From NCBI GenBank assembly GCA_027037615.1, contig JALVZN010000044.1, positions 1 through 38,251 of the forward strand: 38,251 nt of DNA, in the 5' to 3' direction. Positions within the stretch are counted from its first letter, which is position 1. The number at the start of each line of letters is the position of its first letter. The position numbers and the translations under genes are program-made. Under the pieces are notes generated by a model. It was not told where the DNA came from. It saw only the letters and a program-made list of their open reading frames with translations, and searched no databases. This document shows, piece after piece, positions 34,401-38,251 of the stretch. Origin of the DNA: a candidate division WOR-3 bacterium (GTDB lineage Bacteria; Hydrothermota; Hydrothermia; B15-G9).

Positions 34401-36778
34401 CCCGACCATGGCCGCCCTACCTGGTAAGTCCTCCGACGAGGGATACGATCGACACGAATGTCGTAACCTTCGTGTGGCTGAGATCGCTGGAGCAATTTTC
34501 CGGAGTCGCATACTACCTGTTCAGATACGAATGGTATTGGCAACCGGGGGATAGCGGAAAATATTACGACATAATTGTTTACGACACGACCATCACCCTC
34601 GATAGCCTCCCTCAAGGCCATTATGTTTGGTTCTTAGATGTTGTAGATTCAGCAGGAAACGGCAATTATTTCCCGTCAGACATGAGATCTATTTACATAG
34701 ACTACATCGCCCCGCCCTATTTCGTGGAGCCGACATGGGATGAATGGCAACACGGGAGCGTCAACTTCAGATGGGGGTTCCCGTTCAGTGATACCACCAT
34801 CTCGATACCATACCTGTTCCAGCTGCAGGTCATGGACTCAACCGACTCGATCATATTTGACGGCGTTTCCACATCATACCATTATGGCCTTACCCTCCCA
34901 TCGGGAATTTACAGTTGTCGAGTGAGGGTGAATTCGGCAAGAGACTCATCGGCGTGGTCAGAGATAGACAGCTTCAGGATAGACGACATAAGGCCGTCCG
35001 TGCCTCAGCTGCTGTCGCCTGAAAGCGGAGGCCACATCACATCGTGCCCGGTTCAATTCTCATGGTCGAGCTCAAGCGACAATCTGAGCGGAGTTATGGG
35101 GTACCGACTTCTGATCTCATCGGATCCCGAACTGGGCTCGCCTGTCGTAGATACATTTTTGAGCGATACAACCTTCCTGCTCGACACACTTGCGGATGGC
35201 AGATGGTATTGGCAGATCAGAGTTTCCGATTCTGCAAACAACATCACCGGCAGCGAGGTCGATTCGTTCTACATGGACCTTGCGCCGCTCCCGATACCGA
35301 TCACAACCTCGCCTTCCTATGCCCAATGGCAGCAAGAGGATGTAACGCTCACATGGGAGATCCCATCGGCCGGCCCAAAAACGCAGAAAGGCAAAGGGAA
35401 TCCGTATTCCTTCATAGTCGAGCTGCTGAAGGGCGGCGTGCCCGTTTTCTGCGACACTGTGGCTCAGGAATCGCTTGATGTCACGCTCAAAAGCGGCTAC
35501 TACCATTGGCATGTCAGGACTTATCTCAATTACAGGTCATCCGACTGGTCGCCGATCGACAGCTTCAGGGTGGACGCCGAGGATCCGCCTTACCCCGTTC
35601 TGAAAAGGCCGGTTTACGCAGAGTACATAACCTCACTGCCTTACCAGTTCGTGTGGTCATCGCTGCCCGACACGCTGAGCGGACTGGTCGGCTATCGGCT
35701 TCTGATCTCGGATGACGAATCCATGACAAACCCCGCCATCGACACGATGGTTCAGACCTCAAACTACACGCTCACCGACTTAGACAACGGCGAGTGGTAT
35801 TGGCAGGTGATAGCTCGAGATAGCGCCGGAAATGAAAGTCCGAGCGAGATAGATCCGTTCGTCATAGACACAATTCCGCCTGCGCCCGTCGGACTTATCT
35901 CACCGCAGGACGGGATGATACTTTCTGACCCTCTGGACATCGAATTTTACTGGCATTGGACGGAAAAGCGTAAGCTCGCAGGTTTGAACGGCAAAGGGGA
36001 AGTGTCTTTCGAGCTAAACATCGCCGACTCAATGGACACCCTGGTGATCTCAGAGCTCATCGACACAAGTTATGTCTATGATGAGCTGGACGAAGGCTGG
36101 TATAGTTGGTGGGTCAGGGCTTACGACGAAGCTGGAAACTGGAGCTCATCGGAAGAATGGAGCTTTGCAATTGACACCACATCGCCCCTGATAGAATCGA
36201 CCCATGTGTGGCACGATACGAGTTTCACCGGGCCTTTCGATGTCAGCGCATGGGTTTACGACCTGAACGGATTGAGCGCAATCAGGCTGTTCTACGCATT
36301 CGGCCAGTCGCCGCGCGAATTCGACAGCCTCGACATGGTGCCCGATGCGCATCACAACTTCTACCACGCCCAGATCCCTCAGGTTCAGGATTCCACGATA
36401 GTCAACTACTTCATCTATGCGGCGGACAACGCATGGGAGCCAAACGAAAGCTACGATCCTGAGGACACCATCTACCACTTCAGGGTCATTCCGGAAAATA
36501 TCGAGGAAAGCCACTTCCTGCCGACCGAGTTCGACTTAAAGGTGATCCCGCTACCGCTCACCGACAGGGTCAAGCTCATTTTTGCATCTCCATCAGCGAC
36601 AACGATAAAGCTCTCAATCTACGGCTCAAGCGGCAGGATAGTTTATCGGAAAACCGCACAGGCGACGCCCGGATTTAACACATACGAGCTCAGGCTGAAC
36701 CTGCACAACGGGGTTTATTTCGTCAAAGCGACAGCTGGAAGCAGTGAAATCATCAGGAAATTCGTCATTTTGAGGTAG
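28439..36778 (+). CDS. Giant (2,779 aa) secreted multi-domain surface protein with a T9SS C-terminal sorting domain
   Basis: ATG at 28439 with AAAGGAGGGAAGGGAG upstream; the track's TTG at 28412 lies upstream of that RBS. Signal peptide MNKSRFLVAFMAIVVAFPAFIHA. One uninterrupted 8.3-kb frame. The many ...D.AGN.S... endings are typical of bacterial Ig-like modules. Confidence 0.9.
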   Translation: MNKSRFLVAFMAIVVAFPAFIHAELTSVEYKRDVYYNSDPQSGAPLDVDYHTPGITSISMLQQDRLHLYFQAGTTPYYLKGGIRVKFIWDTDSAGPGNRFSVKVVAETDSAFQGNPYFGGSHEIYSNYGVQVGVTDEARVLELHYGVLTWGDWMETLVGLGFDLCINMRGDGILPMESESLTAGDEVTLVSIGADMLAGEKALKDRHGNPIKDDAASSVLGLLNLVSLGMSNYYKLQDGRIYLEIEPVWPFYYDPAYGNNSQHVWMHRGDTVVLHLAVDPLATNNDTGYFRILSNGYVEEDIYYRQAIHVGFLWWDEDVYTEPWFPLRNGTVALMLDDDFPLIPVPLTGESHSHADLYIDTEYLSVWNTRYLGGYVSLTPTPQVDGWTGVGIKVKNKGNITSTGYTIKFVFPDSVKTEHRDGNIPPGGHDDVSKVSPQWTQTGVSPISIIIIPDPTNHDPNPHNDTLNFNVFVRKHTIPVLVAIVDEATGDTITPSDSVFGRVWATNNQNYFERGVPDTTYNGWDRWLLMVPEGEAVTITAFPDSNHQNIYTSSKYVDVDTLSSEPLWVYIRLWGWGSVEGTVTDESGAPIESTLVSVGPFYTCYTDQNGHYLIEHLPSNHLLTNSPYYVSFYAPGYRIDSIPFHINNSETAHIDHQMADIDTIPPYGEISCSPVVPKTLTINLTAMDTFTQFGDTLPPTKVMIKDNNSSWHEYDYGTGFDKSITWTVHTSTSHTEVDTIFAKFEDNAGNISDSIMQVVTVAQDPPEGTFTINHGNSSTSNTDVMITDVTITSSAVGVRDITITEDGGDSVTYNYSEGAEYPFSITATAGSHTVWVTFRDSFGLTSQPVPGAIELEYSGRVSINNGAQYTRSTSVDLSIEASSFLVSNVSGDNMFGGHPLAQSFVPHADRIYGISVYLMGADSGLKIGIYRDSVAGNTHLPGRMLVLDTLNYDPQAGWVTIPYPSPILVDPDRSYMIVLFQTTLDGVSNDLYVEAGPSNNYSEGDLYFYPSYRKRPTDDWYFSGYDMVFRVLGRADGMEISNYEDFHNSTGLISFSPSYSGWELLPGDGLKRVYVRITTGSNVSTVHDAIILDREPPTDVSVSIMNHLPYLETTECTLNIYAVDTLSDVEAYSVNDGEWQDAYRLLPMITVHNVQSGAPGPRTMSFRFKDRAGNISDPTSVTIDYDPDGPQASVRLGNNGFSPSETVGVHISLAKFNGKSITVDSMRFASGHRMEWGEWMPFKADTSYIFDKGGNVGLWVALKDNYRKTSTFIANCVIDTTPPGEVYDVRDEGQSTRNHSSLAFWWQCRGDYESGLSQFQIVVSTDPSCLSDIVTVVSVPPNDRSARIDVPGMRGDSTYYAKIVAVNRAGLWSQSDPTDGITVINGIVQFDLISPSDSALLDNSQPVQLVWHSTSDSISVLTGYEVFIDNASYGLIGDTTLSIDTLDDGWHSWYVVAHDSLGDTKTSSSTYSFYLGAAPQTPLAIFPSDTFLNSDTVNFIWSSASKAALSNPSAIGKPRWEGADDGLKGADIFTIQIATDTSFSSIVDSVTTSDTTLSLVIGEGRWFWRVKASNPLGTSDWSTTARFGVDTTAPTPFAGISPSASDTIHSDTVQFLWHSSFDNFGLIGYRLTCFSQDTAITVYTGDTASTIALRSGDYSWYVEAIDSADNITHSDTVAFTVEVITLPTPVLVSPQNDTIVAHTDGIEFVWRTSGIKNGLADIDGAKTPSYGFVFQLSSDSLFQNPVVCDTLTDTTITLDISEGRFYWRVRAADSIGHLSYWTSAWELLADTTPPNAPVLISPSDGDTLHSDTIQFLWHAAADNFGIMSYQISCWSADTSLSLQTQDTSLAVALPNGHYSWAVDAVDSAGHSTASDSVSFTVRVFNLPTPVLIWPHNDSIYNTFEVPFVWSPGDGKKGSSDAGKPSNYYILEVSSDSSFDNITISDTLADTSETLSLWYGYAYWRVRRYDDEGGLSAWTATWTTGVDTSRPWPPYLVSPPTRDTIDTNVVTFVWLRSLEQFSGVAYYLFRYEWYWQPGDSGKYYDIIVYDTTITLDSLPQGHYVWFLDVVDSAGNGNYFPSDMRSIYIDYIAPPYFVEPTWDEWQHGSVNFRWGFPFSDTTISIPYLFQLQVMDSTDSIIFDGVSTSYHYGLTLPSGIYSCRVRVNSARDSSAWSEIDSFRIDDIRPSVPQLLSPESGGHITSCPVQFSWSSSSDNLSGVMGYRLLISSDPELGSPVVDTFLSDTTFLLDTLADGRWYWQIRVSDSANNITGSEVDSFYMDLAPLPIPITTSPSYAQWQQEDVTLTWEIPSAGPKTQKGKGNPYSFIVELLKGGVPVFCDTVAQESLDVTLKSGYYHWHVRTYLNYRSSDWSPIDSFRVDAEDPPYPVLKRPVYAEYITSLPYQFVWSSLPDTLSGLVGYRLLISDDESMTNPAIDTMVQTSNYTLTDLDNGEWYWQVIARDSAGNESPSEIDPFVIDTIPPAPVGLISPQDGMILSDPLDIEFYWHWTEKRKLAGLNGKGEVSFELNIADSMDTLVISELIDTSYVYDELDEGWYSWWVRAYDEAGNWSSSEEWSFAIDTTSPLIESTHVWHDTSFTGPFDVSAWVYDLNGLSAIRLFYAFGQSPREFDSLDMVPDAHHNFYHAQIPQVQDSTIVNYFIYAADNAWEPNESYDPEDTIYHFRVIPENIEESHFLPTEFDLKVIPLPLTDRVKLIFASPSATTIKLSIYGSSGRIVYRKTAQATPGFNTYELRLNLHNGVYFVKATAGSSEIIRKFVILR
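29590..29865 (+). other. CARDB-like module within the giant protein
   Basis: GVGIKVKNKGNITSTGYTIKFVF...IPPGG...ISIIIIPDPTNHDPNPHNDTLNFNVFV follows the V.V.N.G...IppG...D...E.NE.NN pattern of CARDB domains. This is a by-eye call. Confidence 0.45.
30160..30385 (+). other. Carboxypeptidase-regulatory-like module within the giant protein
   Basis: GSVEGTVTDESGAPIESTLVSVGPFYTCYTDQNGHYLIEHLPSNH...YYVSFYAPGYRIDSIPF. Confidence 0.5.
32272..32587 (+). other. Fibronectin type III-like module within the giant protein
   Basis: PPGEVYDVRDEGQSTRNHSSLAFWW...GLSQFQIVVSTDP...STYYAKIVAVNRAGLWSQS matches the Fn3 pattern W...Y.......Y...V.A.N.AG.S. Confidence 0.55.
32588..36175 (+). repeat. Six tandem A-B super-repeats (588-620 nt each) encoding alternating roughly 95-aa and 105-aa Ig/Fn3-like modules
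   Basis: A-module starts read from the sequence are about 32588, 33209, 33809, 34397, 34985 and 35576, with the array ending at 36175. Each A module ends in G.YSW.V.A.DSA.N..S. Each B module ends in G..YWRVR..D..G..S.W. The copies are diverged, at roughly 50% aa identity between A2 and A3 by eye. Confidence 0.8.
36520..36775 (+). other. T9SS (Por secretion) C-terminal sorting domain
   Basis: FDLKVIPLPLTDRVKLIFASPSATTIKLSIYGSSGRIVYRKTAQATPGFNTYELRLNLHNGVYFVKATAGSSEIIRKFVILR follows the L.V.P.P....I.F....I.IYD..G..V....L.L..L..GVYFVK.....K..V pattern at the extreme C-terminus. Confidence 0.75.
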
Positions 36779-36788
36779 TGAGCATGAA

Positions 36789-36828
36789 GGCGGCAATTCG
36801 GTTTCACCGAATTGCCGCCGGGCTTTCT
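36789..36828 (+). terminator. Rho-independent terminator of the giant gene
   Basis: A perfect 13-bp stem forms between GGCGGCAATTCGG (36789-36801) and CCGAATTGCCGCC (36807-36819) with a 5-nt loop. GGGCTTTCT follows. It starts 11 nt after the stop codon. Confidence 0.75.
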
Positions 36829-37166
36829 GCACATCGCAACGCCCAAAAAACCTGCACCGCGCGCAATCGGATCGCTCCATGCGCCTCAACGCCCCAATTA
36901 TGCGAAATTTACAGCGCCTCCCATCTTCAAGTTTGACGCCTGCGGTCAATTCTCTACTGCATTTTCAATAAATTCCGAGTTTCACCGTCAAATTCGGGTT
37001 GCGCATAAAGTATTGGTTTCCAATGGATTTGGAAGAAGATGTCGAGTTGGCCGTTTCGACATATCCATCTACTTAAACTCAATCTCATTCGGATACGATG
37101 ATGCCCAATTCTGCTTTATATTCTAAGTCTGACAGTCCTTGCTGACTTTTCCTAAGGGGTGCGAAA

Positions 37167-38251
37167 ATGGGATATACCGTCGGAGATATTGTCCGCATTA
37201 TCGATGCAGTTCCCGAAGATGTTGATCTTTCGACACAAATCAAAGCCATCGTGACAGATTCGCGCAGGGTGACCGAAGGGGATCTGTTCGTGGCGATACC
37301 CGGTGAGAAATACGATGGGCACGATTTCACCGGTGCAGCCTACATGAACGGCGCAGTCGCATGCGTCGTCAGGCGCGGTGCGAACACATCGGTGCCCCGC
37401 CTCGAGGTTGCGGACACAGTCGTTGCGCTCGGCATGATGGCGAAGCACAGGCTGTTGAACGAACTGGCGAACGCCACCCGCATAGCCATCACAGGATCCG
37501 TGGGCAAAACCACCACGAAAGAACTGATTTACAGCCTGCTATCGGTCAGGTTCAGCGGCAGCCGAAGCCCCAAAAGCTTTAACAATGCGATCGGTGTGCC
37601 GTTGACGGTGTTTGAGGCGCCTGAGGACATCGATTTCATCGTCTTCGAGGTGGGCACAAATCACGCCGGCGAGATTGCGTATCTCGCTTCTCGCGTGATG
37701 CCAGACATAGCGGTGATAACACGCTCAGGCTACGGACACATAGGATTTTTGGGCTCGACCGAAGCGATAGCCCACGAAAAAGCCGATCTGCTCCGTGTGT
37801 TGAGGCCGGGCGGCGTCGCCGTCATCAACATCGACTCGATCCATCACGACATTTTCATCTCCTCCGTGCCTGAGGGGGTTAAAATCGTCACATATTCGAT
37901 GCGCTCAGAGGACGCATCCATCCACGCGCGCCATCTGCCGTATGAAGAAGGCGACCTCGAAAGCAGGCTCACGAAAACCAGACTTCAGGTTGACGGTGAG
38001 CTCTACACGGTGCCATTGCCTTACGCCATCGCCGAGAACGCAGTTGCGGCGATAGCTGTGGCGAAACTGTTTGGGCTGTCACACGACGAAATTCAGGAGG
38101 GTTTTGACAGGTTTGAACATGTGCCCATGAGGATGGAGCTCACGGAGATACGAGGGGTCAAGATCGTAAACGACGCCTACAACGCAAATCCGGATTCCAT
38201 GCTCGCGCTTTTCCGCACATTCGATGCGATTCGCAACGATCGAAAAACATG
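37167..38251 (+). CDS. murF: UDP-N-acetylmuramoyl-tripeptide--D-alanyl-D-alanine ligase, N-terminal roughly 360 aa; runs off the window
   Basis: My own translation gives MGYTVGDIVRIIDAV...VTDSRRVTEGDLFVAIPGEKYDGHDF...IAITGSVGKTTTKE...NNAIGVPLT...EVGTNHAGEI...NDAYNANPDSM. It is absent from the ORF track because it has no in-window stop. Confidence 0.9.
   Translation, partial: MGYTVGDIVRIIDAVPEDVDLSTQIKAIVTDSRRVTEGDLFVAIPGEKYDGHDFTGAAYMNGAVACVVRRGANTSVPRLEVADTVVALGMMAKHRLLNELANATRIAITGSVGKTTTKELIYSLLSVRFSGSRSPKSFNNAIGVPLTVFEAPEDIDFIVFEVGTNHAGEIAYLASRVMPDIAVITRSGYGHIGFLGSTEAIAHEKADLLRVLRPGGVAVINIDSIHHDIFISSVPEGVKIVTYSMRSEDASIHARHLPYEEGDLESRLTKTRLQVDGELYTVPLPYAIAENAVAAIAVAKLFGLSHDEIQEGFDRFEHVPMRMELTEIRGVKIVNDAYNANPDSMLALFRTFDAIRNDRKT

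Noticed and set aside
32588-36175. Regular repeats of about 590 nt, considered as a CRISPR-like or satellite array
   Set aside because: The period is far too long and the copies are only about 60% identical. There are no short conserved direct repeats with unique spacers. The periodicity is fully explained by in-frame protein modules.
20703-36828. The A2M unit plus giant gene, considered as a mobile genomic island
   Set aside because: No integrase, transposase, flanking direct repeats or tRNA attachment site is visible. Promoter and RBS style matches the rest of the window. Only a synteny comparison could support an insertion.
36784-37126. Small ORFs in the spacer between the giant gene and murF: 50 aa from ATG 36784, and the track's 104-aa ORF at 36812-37126
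   Set aside because: The first runs straight through the 13-bp terminator stem. Neither has an SD, and both are Ala/Arg/Pro-rich with no motif. I treat the region as noncoding, but see the finding on this spacer.

Overview
This is a 38.25-kb, gene-dense chromosomal window. I call 26 CDS and found no rRNA, tRNA, CRISPR array, transposase or integrase. The source looks like an uncultivated Gram-negative bacterium. A T9SS-type C-terminal sorting domain and a TonB receptor fronted by a CarboxypepD_reg-like domain suggest the FCB superphylum. However, promoters are canonical TTGnnn-N16-18-TATAAT and Shine-Dalgarno sites are strong (AGGAGG), so it is probably not Bacteroidota proper (inference). 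Housekeeping genes are secD-secF-nadK, rsmD-coaD-pfkA, HU, argF, a CCA-type nucleotidyltransferase, a SEDS FtsW/RodA protein and murF. There are four non-housekeeping regions. (1) A tightly coupled unit at 19533-28172: a SEDS glycosyltransferase, then a thioester (CVEQ) alpha-2-macroglobulin whose stop overlaps the start of a SpoIID/LytB-domain protein with a degenerate metallopeptidase-like tail, then an unknown membrane-anchored 453-aa protein. This is my best candidate for an undescribed periplasmic protease-trap and cell-wall-remodelling system. (2) A monocistronic 2,779-aa secreted protein (28439-36778) with its own consensus promoter and terminator. It has an unrecognisable roughly 380-aa head, Ig/Fn3-like modules, six tandem copies of a two-module (A-B) super-repeat, and a T9SS sorting tail. 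(3) A 706-aa secreted protein with 13 D-x-x-G-(D/N)-D-x-Y rungs at a 26-27-residue period. (4) A two-gene unit with its own promoter, encoding a Roadblock/LC7 protein and a pseudo-receiver/DUF4388/Roadblock-like fusion, with no GTPase partner in the window. All family assignments come from motif reading by eye. No database search was run.
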